The translations under genes were made by a program, and so were the position numbers. The notes below the pieces were generated by a model. The model ran no database searches, had not been told where the DNA came from, and saw only the letters and a list, made by a program, of their open reading frames with translations. Shown piece after piece: positions 1 through 8,648 of a stretch of 56,801 bases of DNA. The stretch spans positions 1 through 56,801 of the forward strand of contig JAGVWS010000034.1 in assembly GCA_018304165.1 (NCBI GenBank), in the 5' to 3' direction. This DNA comes from Candidatus Pacearchaeota archaeon. GTDB taxonomy: Archaea > Nanobdellota > Nanobdellia > Pacearchaeales > GW2011-AR1. Every line of letters starts with the position of its first letter. The stretch's first letter is position 1.

Positions 1-564
1 GAAGTGACTTTTGATGGCGTTTCCTTAGAAAATATAAAACAAAGTTCAATAAGTAAGAGGATAAGTATCGTCCTGCAGGATTCTGAGATGTTTAATATGT
101 CCTTGGAAGATAATGTCATGATTTCAGGAGAGGAAAACAGCAAGCACCTATCCTGGGCTGCCAAAGTTGCTAATCTCAAGCCAGTAATAAAAAACCTTCC
201 AAAAGGGCTTAAGACTATCATAGGTGAAAAGGGATACAAACTAAGCGGCGGTGAAAGGCAAAGAGTAGGGATTGCCAGAGCTGTTTATCGTAATTCAGAT
301 ATTTTAATACTTGATGAAGCTACTTCTCATCTTGATAGCAAGACTGAAAAGATAATTCAAGAGAACTTAGAGAGAGAATTGCATGGCAAGACAATGATTA
401 TCATTGCTCATCGCTTATCAACCCTTAAGAATGTTGATAGAATAATAGTTATGGACGAGGGAAAGATTGTTGAAGAAGGGAAGTTTGATGAATTAATAAA
501 AAAGAGAGGATTATTCAGCCAGATTTATAAGATTCAGCAGCATCAGAAGAAGGGATATTTATAA
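1..564 (+). CDS. ABC transporter ATP-binding domain, C-terminal part (5' end outside window)
   Basis: Frame open to window edge; ABC signature [14 protein letters not shown], Walker [14 protein letters not shown]-loop IIIAHRLST. Confidence 0.9.
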   Translation, partial: EVTFDGVSLENIKQSSISKRISIVLQDSEMFNMSLEDNVMISGEENSKHLSWAAKVANLKPVIKNLPKGLKTIIGEKGYKLSGGERQRVGIARAVYRNSDILILDEATSHLDSKTEKIIQENLERELHGKTMIIIAHRLSTLKNVDRIIVMDEGKIVEEGKFDELIKKRGLFSQIYKIQQHQKKGYL

Positions 565-697
565 TAGTATAAAATCATTTAGTTAATGTTAAACTTAATA
601 AGCTAATGGTAACGGCTTTTTTGATTGAACTTATAATAGTTTGTGTTTAGCAGGTTTAGTGGATTGCGGCTAATTATTTTTCTTTCTAAAATCATTT

Positions 698-1732
698 TCA
701 TTTATACCTCATCATCGTCTTTATTTGAATTGCCCACCTCATGAATGCGGGTATTAATCCACCAATTGAAAAATTCTTCCATTCAAAGATGCCATTCCAT
801 TTCCCCAAGCTTATAACCATTGGCTTTCTTGAGGGATTGTATTCCATTAGCTTTTGGCCTTTTTCAGTTCTTAAAATATTTTTAATTACTACTTTTGCCT
901 GTTTTTCAGCTGCCTGAGCAGTTTTTTCTTCCTTAATGTTGTTGACATCTCCAGCAGCGAAGACATTAGTTAAATTATCAAATCTAAGGTGCTTGTCAAC
1001 TTCAATATGTTCCTTTTCATCTAGATATTTTGAAAAGTTTTTCTTCAAGAATTCAGAATTAGGCTGTATTCCAGTGCACAATAGTATTATATCTGCTCTG
1101 AATCTTTTCTTCTTGTCAGTAACTGCCAGGTTATTTTTGTATCCTACAACTCTTTCATTATAGAATATTCTCACTCCATGATTTTTAAGGAATCTTTCTG
1201 CATAAGCTCTAGATTTATTGTTATTTCTTTTCATCAATCTATCAGCTTCTTGAATTATGGTTACTTCCCTGCTCCTGCAGAAAGTAGATATTTCTGCCGC
1301 TATTTCAACTCCTACCGGTCCTCCCCCAACAATCACTATCCTTTTGGCACGCTGAATCTTTTTATAAGCAAGCATTAAATCCTTGGCTCTGTCTGCCATG
1401 AATATGTTGTGCTGTTTGAATGGCTGGTTGTATCTTGAGCCTGAGCAAATAGCTAAGTAATCATATGGTAGTTTTTCATTATTAGTTAAATAAACAAATT
1501 CTTTGTCAACGTTATTTACTGCTCCATGGATAAACCTTGCCTTCTTCAAGTAGTCTTTGTGGCTTACTTCTATCTTTTTTCTAATCATGGGTTTTAGCAG
1601 GGTTCTTGGCACTCCTGGAGTGAACTCAAAATAATTCTTAGTATCGATTAAGGTTACTTCAAAATATTTTTCCAGCTTCATTGCAATTTTTGCTCCTGCA
1701 AATCCTCCGCCGACTACAACAACTTTTTTCAT
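698..1732 (-). CDS. Type II NADH dehydrogenase-like FAD/NAD(P)-dependent pyridine nucleotide-disulfide oxidoreductase
   Basis: Two Rossmann GxGxxG motifs (VVVGGGFAG at N-terminus, IVGGGPVGVE mid-protein), AAGD motif near C-terminus; 344 aa. Confidence 0.8.
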   Translation of the reverse strand: MKKVVVVGGGFAGAKIAMKLEKYFEVTLIDTKNYFEFTPGVPRTLLKPMIRKKIEVSHKDYLKKARFIHGAVNNVDKEFVYLTNNEKLPYDYLAICSGSRYNQPFKQHNIFMADRAKDLMLAYKKIQRAKRIVIVGGGPVGVEIAAEISTFCRSREVTIIQEADRLMKRNNNKSRAYAERFLKNHGVRIFYNERVVGYKNNLAVTDKKKRFRADIILLCTGIQPNSEFLKKNFSKYLDEKEHIEVDKHLRFDNLTNVFAAGDVNNIKEEKTAQAAEKQAKVVIKNILRTEKGQKLMEYNPSRKPMVISLGKWNGIFEWKNFSIGGLIPAFMRWAIQIKTMMRYK

Positions 1733-1897
1733 GAAATATCTATTGGAATATGCTTTAAAATTGTTGTTAAGTAAGAATTAACCAGTTTTAATACACTCAA
1801 GAGGCTGTGAGTAGCTTGACATTGATAATAATTACGTTGCATATGCGGATTAGCGATAATTATTATTCTGGTTGATTTGCCGTAATTTTGGCTTCTG

Positions 1898-1912
1898 GAA
1901 AGGTTTAAATAC
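1898..1912 (+). promoter_or_regulatory. BRE/TATA-like promoter element (GAAAGGTTTAAATAC)
   Basis: Matches the AAAGG+TTTAWAWA pattern seen upstream of many genes in this window; ~40 nt upstream of the ATG at 1948. Confidence 0.45.
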
Positions 1913-1947
1913 TATTCAGATAAGTAGAAACTATTTAATAAAACAGG

Positions 1948-2097
1948 ATGTCTAAAATGCCAAGAAAAGCAGAAGAAAAAGATGCAGAGAAAGAGAGCGA
2001 AGAAAAAGGTGAAGGGGAAGAGGAATTTGAGGAAGATTCTGAACTTGGAGACGACGATGATTCAGAGGAAGAAGACGAAGGAGACGGTGACTGGTAA
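1948..2097 (+). CDS. Small (49 aa) extremely acidic protein, hypothetical
   Basis: ATG..TAA ORF below the 60-aa ORF-track cutoff: MSKMPRKAEEKDAEKESEEKGEGEEEFEEDSELGDDDDSEEEDEGDGDW; promoter-like element upstream; no recognisable family. Confidence 0.3.
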   Translation: MSKMPRKAEEKDAEKESEEKGEGEEEFEEDSELGDDDDSEEEDEGDGDW

Positions 2098-2438
2098 ACC
2101 TTAAATTTCTATTTTTTATTTTATTTTTAAAAACCCATTAATTCTCTGGTTATTTTTAATAAATGTTGCAGACTTAGTACAGAATTAGTTGTTAACAATT
2201 ATTTATAACTTGCCACTACGTTCCGGCATATTATCTGCTCTAACCTGTGCACACTTTTAATCGTTAGAGGTATGGATAACTGCACAGGTTAGGTTACAAG
2301 AAGATGCAGTTAGACAGATAGAGAACTGCAAAAAGCAGGTCATATAAGTAACGCAGTTGTCTATATCTTATGAATGATGATAAGAAATATCAGTGTAATC
2401 TGGTTAAAGCTGGCTGTTAGTTACTGACCTCTAAAAAA

Positions 2439-3011
2439 TCACTTCCCTCTCGGTATATTCCTCTGCACCGGCGTCTGCCTCTTAACTGGCTTTTCCATTA
2501 TTTGATGCTTTTGTTTCTTTGCTTCCATTTCCTGGTGCTTGAAGCCTGCCTCAACTACCGCGGCTTTCTTTTCCTCTGCCTCTTTCTTTTCTTCCTCTTT
2601 GCCTTCTTCAGCTTTTTCTTCTTTGACTTCTTTCTTTTCCTCAGCTTTCTCTTCCTTAGAAGCAGCTTCAGATTTCTTTGCCTCTCTGTTTATTTTAAAC
2701 TGAAGTATCTTTGGTATTTCCGCTAGCTCCACGATTACATTTCCATCGCTCATTTTCTTTGCCTTAACTTTGATTTTCACTGGAGGCTTTCTTATTCCCC
2801 TGAACCATAATTCATGATTCAACAGCTTGTCAATCTTAACTTTGCTGACGTCCCTTTCTTCAACTTTCATGTGCCTCGCCATGAATTCTCTTACGAGTTT
2901 TACTGCCTTCTTAGCCCTCTTATACCTCGGGACAGGCCTGAGCTTGGCTGATAGTGGGACTATATAAATTCTTTCAAGAACAACTTTGTTTTCTGCTTTT
3001 TTATCAGCCAT
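2439..3011 (-). CDS. rpl31e: 50S ribosomal protein L31e with ~100-aa Lys/Glu-rich C-terminal extension
   Basis: N-terminal 90 aa (LERIYIVPLSAKLRPVPRYKRAKKAVKLVREFMARHMK...ELWFRGIRKPPVKIKVKA) align by eye to archaeal L31e; adjacent to L39e as in other archaea. Confidence 0.85.
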   Translation of the reverse strand: MADKKAENKVVLERIYIVPLSAKLRPVPRYKRAKKAVKLVREFMARHMKVEERDVSKVKIDKLLNHELWFRGIRKPPVKIKVKAKKMSDGNVIVELAEIPKILQFKINREAKKSEAASKEEKAEEKKEVKEEKAEEGKEEEKKEAEEKKAAVVEAGFKHQEMEAKKQKHQIMEKPVKRQTPVQRNIPRGK

Positions 3012-3164
3012 GTTTACTTGCTTCGCAATAATTTATTTCATTAGGTGATAAACCGCTTATTTTACTATGAAAATTAGAATTGAACTCTTTAAGCCCATAG
3101 GTTAAGCTGAACTTATTGTTGGGCATTTTTACATTAATTATATAGGTTATGTTTGATATCATTT

Positions 3165-3368
3165 TTATCCCAGATGGCTCTTTGCCGTCTTTCTCGGTTT
3201 AATCTTGAGTTTTGTCTGGCGCCAGCTTCTTCTAAGGCGAGTCATGCTTGAAGGATGAACGCGTTTTCCTCTTCCGTACTTCTTAAGCACGGCCCAAACT
3301 GGAGCCCACTTAGTTCTTCTGTTATGAACTTCTAATAGTATTTTTTTTCTTGTTCTTCTTAGTGCCAT
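3165..3368 (-). CDS. rpl39e: 50S ribosomal protein L39e
   Basis: Basic 67-aa protein with the L39e pattern ...NRRTKWAPVWAVLKK...HP..M.R.RRSWRQTKLKI. Confidence 0.85.
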   Translation of the reverse strand: MALRRTRKKILLEVHNRRTKWAPVWAVLKKYGRGKRVHPSSMTRLRRSWRQTKLKIKPRKTAKSHLG

Positions 3369-3373
3369 TTTCT

Positions 3374-3796
3374 TTAACCTTCTTTTCCGCCCTTCCCTGT
3401 TTTTTCCACCAATTCTTTTCCCTTGGTCGTTAAACTGCGGCCGCTTCTCTTTCCCTTGACTTTTTTTAATAATCCTGCCGCTTCCGCCTGTTGGAGTATT
3501 AATCTGATTATCTTTCCAGAGCCTCTTCTGAATTCGGGGGGCTTATGCCCTCTATCCTTCCTTCCGCCATACCTTGTCCTCAGCCTGCTCACTCCCAACA
3601 CCCCTCTAACATAAATCTGCCTCATGATGCTTGCCGCTCTCTTATGCCAGAAATCTTCCTCAAGTATTGGCCTATCGCGGGCAGGGCTTGACTTGACAAA
3701 ATGAATCCACTCCGGCGCTTTGAATTCCGGAATCTTCTTAAGCTCCTCGCTAAGAAGTTTGTTGTACTCGTTTGCATCAATATCATAAATTCCCAT
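3374..3796 (-). CDS. rps19e: 30S ribosomal protein S19e
   Basis: PEWIHFVKSSPARDRPILEEDFWHKRAASIMRQIYVRG...RTRYGGRKDRGHKPPEFRRGSGKIIRLILQQ is typical S19e. Confidence 0.9.
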   Translation of the reverse strand: MGIYDIDANEYNKLLSEELKKIPEFKAPEWIHFVKSSPARDRPILEEDFWHKRAASIMRQIYVRGVLGVSRLRTRYGGRKDRGHKPPEFRRGSGKIIRLILQQAEAAGLLKKVKGKRSGRSLTTKGKELVEKTGKGGKEG

Positions 3797-4138
3797 GATC
3801 AGTTGCCTTGCAATTCATAGTTTAAGTTATTAGTTGTAAAGACGCTCGACTTGTCCAGCTTACTATTATCAAAGCTCGTGCTGCTTAGCCTTAAATTACT
3901 ATTACTCCATCCTTCAGTATTTTCATTAATTATCATCTTCTCATTCTGACTAACTTTAGCCTAAATTATGGCTTGCTTTTCAGCAATAAACCGCCCGTGT
4001 TCGCGCTTAGCGAACAAGCGTCAACCATTAATGAGCTAGAAAAAGTGTCCTTTTAAATCTTTCTCACCCGGATTATATTTTTTGTTGACATCAATGAATG
4101 CCATATAAGCTTAAATATTAATTATACAATATCTTCCA

Positions 4139-4507
4139 ATGGGTGCAAGTACTGACCCTATGAGACAAAGAGAGTTTGATGCACAAAGAAGTAAGCTTGT
4201 GACTGTTACTAATGACGGCCTTCCAGTAGTTAATGAACTGACCTTCCTTAATTTTGTCAGGGAATATCCTATCGCTTCTGGGAATAATGATCCTGAAGTT
4301 ACCAAAAGAATAGAAACTGAAAATCCACAAATCCATAGAATACTATCTCTTGGAATGCAAGAAGCTCCTACTCATGAAGCTAAGTCTTATTATGAGATGG
4401 GAATTCAGATAGCTTATGAGCTTCTTAGAAGGCAGGCTTTAGTGAATAGCCAAAGAGAAAGGGTTGCTAAAATAATTGAAGATGAAAGAAAAACCACTTA
4501 TAGTTAA
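4139..4507 (+). CDS. Hypothetical protein (122 aa)
   Basis: Only long ORF in an otherwise empty interval; no recognisable motif. Confidence 0.4.
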   Translation: MGASTDPMRQREFDAQRSKLVTVTNDGLPVVNELTFLNFVREYPIASGNNDPEVTKRIETENPQIHRILSLGMQEAPTHEAKSYYEMGIQIAYELLRRQALVNSQRERVAKIIEDERKTTYS

Positions 4508-4510
4508 TTT

Positions 4511-4759
4511 CTACCTCATCTTCCTCTTCCACTTCTTCAGGAAGATGGAGTATCCAACAACTCTAGCAGTGTATTTTTCTCCAAGATCGTTCAATATTCG
4601 GTTAACCAATTCATCCATTTGCTCGCGGTCTCTAATATAGCTTCTTAGCACTACTACCTTTATGTTGTTATGGTGCTCTAGTGCCTTCTTTATATTTTCT
4701 CTGCTTCCTTCATTATATCCTGCCTTTCCTAGCTGTATTGTTACTAATCCAAGGCTCAT
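4511..4759 (-). CDS. YhbY/CRM-domain RNA-binding protein
   Basis: LGKAGYNEGSRENIKKALEHHNNIKVVVL resembles the YhbY core (GxxGlTegv...ALehHELIKVkv); 82 aa. Confidence 0.7.
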   Translation of the reverse strand: MSLGLVTIQLGKAGYNEGSRENIKKALEHHNNIKVVVLRSYIRDREQMDELVNRILNDLGEKYTARVVGYSIFLKKWKRKMR

Positions 4760-5115
4760 TTTGTGACTCTTTTAATTAAATCTTCTTTAATTTTCTTAAT
4801 TTGATTCTCAAGTATTAGCAGGTGTTTAGTTGCTATATCCCACACAATATCTAAGTTAACTTCAAAATATTGATGGATTATTTTATCTCTTGAGCCGATT
4901 ATCTTTTTCCATTCAATTTCTGAATATTCGGCCTTAAATGAATCTTCAAGGTTTTTTGCAGCTTCGCCAATTATTTCAACGCTTCTCACGACAGCGTTTA
5001 TTTTCTCTTTGTCTAAAACAAACTCTTCTTTTGAAACTCCTTTAACAAAATGTTTTACGTCAGAAATACATTGCAGGATATGCCCTAAGAATATTAACGG
5101 ATCTTTATCAGTCAT
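4756..5115 (-). CDS. hepT: HepT-like HEPN (DUF86) toxin of a HEPN/MNT pair
   Basis: R(x4)H HEPN motif in GSRDKIIHQYFEV; 119 aa; 4-nt overlap with the upstream MNT gene. Confidence 0.8.
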   Translation of the reverse strand: MTDKDPLIFLGHILQCISDVKHFVKGVSKEEFVLDKEKINAVVRSVEIIGEAAKNLEDSFKAEYSEIEWKKIIGSRDKIIHQYFEVNLDIVWDIATKHLLILENQIKKIKEDLIKRVTK

Positions 5116-5558
5116 ATTATTCGGATCTCGTCTTTTAGTATGCGCTCTTTTAGTAATGGGTGAATATATTTGTATGTTATCACCTCTACCTTTTTCTTTA
5201 AGGCTTCTTCCAAATCTACTTGCATTCCAAAGAAATCAAACCCCATCCCCTTTCTAGGCTCTATTATTATGTCAACATCACTATTCTTCTTCTGCTCTCC
5301 TCGAGCATAGCTTCCGAATATTCCCGCTTTCTTAATTCCCTCTTTCTTCAGAATTTTTATTATTAGAGGTTTGATTTTTTCAATAGCCAGATTAACTCTC
5401 TTCCTAACGAATCTCTCTTTTGCAGCATCTAATTCTTCTTTGGATAAATTAAGCCCAAGATATTTTCTCTTTTTCTTGACAGACTTATTCTTTCTTACAG
5501 ACTCTGTTAGATAATAATACTTTCTTCCATTTCTTTCTTTAATCTCTAGATATACCAT
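5112..5558 (-). CDS. mntA: MntA-like minimal nucleotidyltransferase antitoxin with extra ~45-aa N-terminal module
   Basis: GSYARGEQKKNSDVDIII = GSxxRG...D.D NTase motif; N-terminus MVYLEIKERNGRKYYYLTESVRKNKSVKKKRKYLG is shared with the Fic protein at 47471-48373. Confidence 0.85.
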   Translation of the reverse strand: MVYLEIKERNGRKYYYLTESVRKNKSVKKKRKYLGLNLSKEELDAAKERFVRKRVNLAIEKIKPLIIKILKKEGIKKAGIFGSYARGEQKKNSDVDIIIEPRKGMGFDFFGMQVDLEEALKKKVEVITYKYIHPLLKERILKDEIRII

Positions 5559-5567
5559 AAAATCTAT

Positions 5568-5604
5568 ACGTCTACATTATTTATAAATCTTATGATGTAG
5601 ACGT
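5568..5604 (-). promoter_or_regulatory. Palindromic operator bracketing the TATA box of the MNT/HepT operon
   Basis: ACGTCTAC (5568-5575) and GTAGACGT (5597-5604) flank a 21-nt AT-rich spacer containing TTTATAAAT, ~27 nt from the ATG at 5558. Confidence 0.55.
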
Positions 5605-5609
5605 ACAAA

Positions 5610-6203
5610 TCAAGCAATTATCTTTATTCCTCCTGCCGGCATTGCTCTTTCTATTTCCTCGACGGTAAAATCAAGATTTTTTTCTTTAAGAATTTTTTTT
5701 ATTTCTTTGGCTGCTTTATTGCGCGTTTCTTCGCCCGGCGTTATCCATAGCAGTGCCTCTCTTGGTCTTGGTACTGCCCGTAATTTTTCTTCTTGCACTT
5801 CCAATCCTAGTTTTAACTCAACTGCTCTTCTATTGGCCTTTCCAAGAACACCGAATGTTCCGGACTTCATGCCTTTATTCTTAGTTATTTGTTTGCTGTG
5901 GAAAATATCGATGCTTGTTGTTTTCTTTTGCTTCTTCCATTCTTGAGAGAAGCATCCAGTAAATACTGCCTGCTCCATTAAATCTTCTTCAGTCACATTT
6001 TCTCCTTCATCCACTAAGAAAGTGAATGGCGAGCCAGGATTAGTTGTATGCATGACTATGTAATCAATTCCGGATTTTGTTATTTCCTTTACTAAGAGTT
6101 CGTTCTGCTCAGCGTTCTTTCCGCCAATCACCAGTTTTCCAGATGATGTGAAGAACCAGCGGTATTTGAGATATGATTGTGACCTCATTTTTTCTTTACC
6201 CAT
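5610..6203 (-). CDS. NFACT-R (DUF814) domain protein, RQC/Fbp-related RNA-binding
   Basis: RWFFTSSGKLVIGGKNAEQNELLVKE...DYIVMHTTNPGSPFTFL matches the DUF814 core pattern. Confidence 0.7.
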   Translation of the reverse strand: MGKEKMRSQSYLKYRWFFTSSGKLVIGGKNAEQNELLVKEITKSGIDYIVMHTTNPGSPFTFLVDEGENVTEEDLMEQAVFTGCFSQEWKKQKKTTSIDIFHSKQITKNKGMKSGTFGVLGKANRRAVELKLGLEVQEEKLRAVPRPREALLWITPGEETRNKAAKEIKKILKEKNLDFTVEEIERAMPAGGIKIIA

Positions 6204-6505
6204 TCCTTAGTTATCCATTTTTTAATTATTGCTTCTTCTAAATCAATTTTTAGTATTTTTGATATTACTAATGCTAATCCAACAACATCCGCAAGCTCTT
6301 TGGCAACCCGTTTTTTTGACTCTTCTTCTGGTAAATATTTTTCAGGCCGGCACTTTTTCTTGTGGATAATATACGACTGCGCAAGTTCTCCAAGCTCTTC
6401 AGTTATTTTCAGCATCAAATAATCATCGCTAAGGTCTATCTTGTCTCTTTTTAGATTATCCGAGAATATTTTTGTCACCTTTTCTTGCAGTTCTTTTATT
6501 TCCAT
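6185..6505 (-). CDS. MazG-like nucleotide pyrophosphohydrolase
   Basis: EELGELAQ and KELADVVGLALVISKILKIDLEEAI helices typical of all-alpha NTP-PPase (MazG) fold. Confidence 0.65.
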   Translation of the reverse strand: MEIKELQEKVTKIFSDNLKRDKIDLSDDYLMLKITEELGELAQSYIIHKKKCRPEKYLPEEESKKRVAKELADVVGLALVISKILKIDLEEAIIKKWITKEWVKKK

Positions 6506-6541
6506 TTTAACATTAATAACCGCGGGTGTTATACAACCATT

Positions 6542-7948
6542 TCATTTTATTATCCTATACCCTTCTTCAGTATCTTCAATAATGTAACCTTCTCTCTTTA
6601 TTTTGTTTCTTAACTCGTCGGCTTTCTTCCAGTTCTTTTTTCTTCTTGCAGCTTCCCTTTCATCTGCAAGCTTCTTGATGCTTTCCGGGATTATTATCTT
6701 TTCAACTTCATCCAGCCCTAATCCCAAAACCCTGTCAAAATCAATAATTAGTTGGTATTTTTCAGCCTCGTTAAGTTTTTTGTCACTAATTACTCCATGC
6801 AAAATTGCTAAGGCCTGCGGAATATTGATATCGTCGTTAATCGCTTTTCTGAATGTATCCATATAAGGCTTAATCTTGCCATCGCGTACTTCAAATTCTC
6901 CTGATTTTTCCTTTATCTCCCTGACTTTTTCAATTATAGAATAATACACATTTTCTGCCGCTTCCAGAGTATCCTTGCTGAATATTAGCGGCTTCCTGTA
7001 ATGGGTTGATAAGTATAGGTATCTTACTGCCAGCGGTTCGTGTCCGGCTCTTTTAAGATCTTTAATAGTTGCTAACCCCCCCTTACTCTTTGATATTTTG
7101 TCACCTTCCGGCGTTGTTAAGAACCCATTATGGAGCCATATCTTAACAATGTCCTTACCAAAATAGCCCTCATTCTGCGCCATTTCATTAGGATGATGTA
7201 TCTGTCTATGGTCTTGCCCTCCGCTATGAATGTCAATAACCTTTCCTAATAGCGCGCTTCCCATAACACTACATTCAATATGCCAGCCAGGCCACCCTAC
7301 TCCGAAAGGGCTCTCCCATTCCTGTTGCCGCAAACCGGGCTTGTCAGAGAATTTCCATAATGCGAAATCAGTGGGATGTTTCTTCTCTCCTACTTCCACT
7401 CTCTTTCCAGCTTCAATAGTTTCTGCAGTTATCCCCCCAATTAGTATTCCGTAATCCTTTATCTTGGATGTATCAAAATATACTCCATCCTTTGTTTTGT
7501 AAGTGTAGCCCTTTCTTTCTAATTCTTTTATGAATTCAATCATCTGCCTTATATACTGCGTTGCTCTTGGCTTATGATTTGGCGGAATAATATTCAATAG
7601 CTTTGATTGCTCTTCAAAATCATCAATGTAGAATTGTGCTATTTCTTTAGCTGTTTTGCCTTCCTTCTTTGCGGCTTTTTCTATCTTATCTTCTCCTTCG
7701 TCGGCATCGCTCGTTAAATGTCCTACATCGGTGTAATTCATCACATGATTGACATCATAGCCATTATACGCAAGAACTCTCTTAACAACATCCCATACAG
7801 TGTAAGCCCTCATATTTCCAATATGCTGATACCAATAAACTGTCGGTCCGCAGCTGTAAAAAGAAACTCTATCTTTCTTTGATGGTTTTAACAATTCTTT
7901 CTTTCTAGTTAAGCTGTTGTACAAGTATACTTTGCCTTTTGCCGCCAT
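6542..7948 (-). CDS. cysS: Cysteinyl-tRNA synthetase
   Basis: Class I signatures HIGN and KISKSKG, WPGWHIECS zinc/cysteine pocket region; 468 aa. Confidence 0.95.
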   Translation of the reverse strand: MAAKGKVYLYNSLTRKKELLKPSKKDRVSFYSCGPTVYWYQHIGNMRAYTVWDVVKRVLAYNGYDVNHVMNYTDVGHLTSDADEGEDKIEKAAKKEGKTAKEIAQFYIDDFEEQSKLLNIIPPNHKPRATQYIRQMIEFIKELERKGYTYKTKDGVYFDTSKIKDYGILIGGITAETIEAGKRVEVGEKKHPTDFALWKFSDKPGLRQQEWESPFGVGWPGWHIECSVMGSALLGKVIDIHSGGQDHRQIHHPNEMAQNEGYFGKDIVKIWLHNGFLTTPEGDKISKSKGGLATIKDLKRAGHEPLAVRYLYLSTHYRKPLIFSKDTLEAAENVYYSIIEKVREIKEKSGEFEVRDGKIKPYMDTFRKAINDDINIPQALAILHGVISDKKLNEAEKYQLIIDFDRVLGLGLDEVEKIIIPESIKKLADEREAARRKKNWKKADELRNKIKREGYIIEDTEEGYRIIK

Positions 7949-7953
7949 TCTAT

Positions 7954-8505
7954 TTATATGGTGTCTAATGGGCTTTTTATATTTACCATTTTTCCTGAAG
8001 AATGCAGGTAAGCAAGGGTTGTTTCAGGTGATTTGTGTCCTAACAGTACCTGAACTTCCGAGATGCTGTTTTTATCTTCAATTATAGATAATTCCCTTGA
8101 TTATAGTACTTTCTTTGGAATTATCTATCACGGGAATTCTGTGCAAATATGTGCTACAATTATCAGAATTCACGATAAATGTGTGGCAAAGCTATGCCTT
8201 AGGGTATGGCAATGGACATCTCTATAATTCAGTTTTGCCGCTTTAGCGGCAGTTTTAACTATTTTTTGAATTGTCCTGATATTATACTTTTTATTTCTGT
8301 TTGTCAGGAGGAGATATTCTTCTTTGCTCCTGTTTACACAAATCTGCAATAAAACTCTTAGCAGTTTTTCCGGAATAATAAATATCCTGTCCTTTCCTCC
8401 CTTTCCATTCCTCACAAACCCGTATCTTTCTTTAAAGTTTATGTTCTCGATTTTCAGGTTCACCAGTTCAGAAACCCCTAATCCTGAGGAATTAAGTTTT
8501 AATCT
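7954..8505 (-). pseudogene. Tyrosine recombinase (Xer/integrase family) remnant: 5'-truncated and split by a MITE
   Basis: Upstream piece reads ...GLGVSELVNLKIENINF...GKGGKDRIFIIP...HTLRHSFATHL. After the 93-nt insert the same frame continues IEDKNSISEVQVLLGHKSPETTLAYLH (catalytic Tyr region), with a stop at 7954. An in-frame stop at 8506-8508 removes the N-terminal core-binding domain. Confidence 0.8.
8085..8175 (+). mobile_element. MITE copy A (short form, 91 bp) flanked by TA/TA
   Basis: Shares left module and right end with copies at 19957 and 37369; TA at 8083-8084 and 8176-8177; removing the element plus one TA restores the integrase codons CAT TTA ATT GAA. Confidence 0.8.
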
Positions 8506-8648
8506 TCACAGAATTAGATTAGATTATAGAAAAATTTTAGAGTTTATAACTTCCTCAGGTTGAAATTAACGAGAGTGCTCCCATCTTCTTTTTTTTAAAA
8601 AAAAGAAGCAAAAAAAAGCGCGCGCTTCCGTTCCCTCATCCTTAAAGA

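Noticed and set aside
2374-2427. Possible C/D box sRNA (AUGAUGA at 2374-2380, CUGA at 2424-2427, 54 nt apart)
   Set aside because: The internal D'/C' boxes are not recognisable at the required ~12-nt guide spacing, and there is no terminal stem. A C-box-like heptamer is expected by chance in AT-rich DNA.
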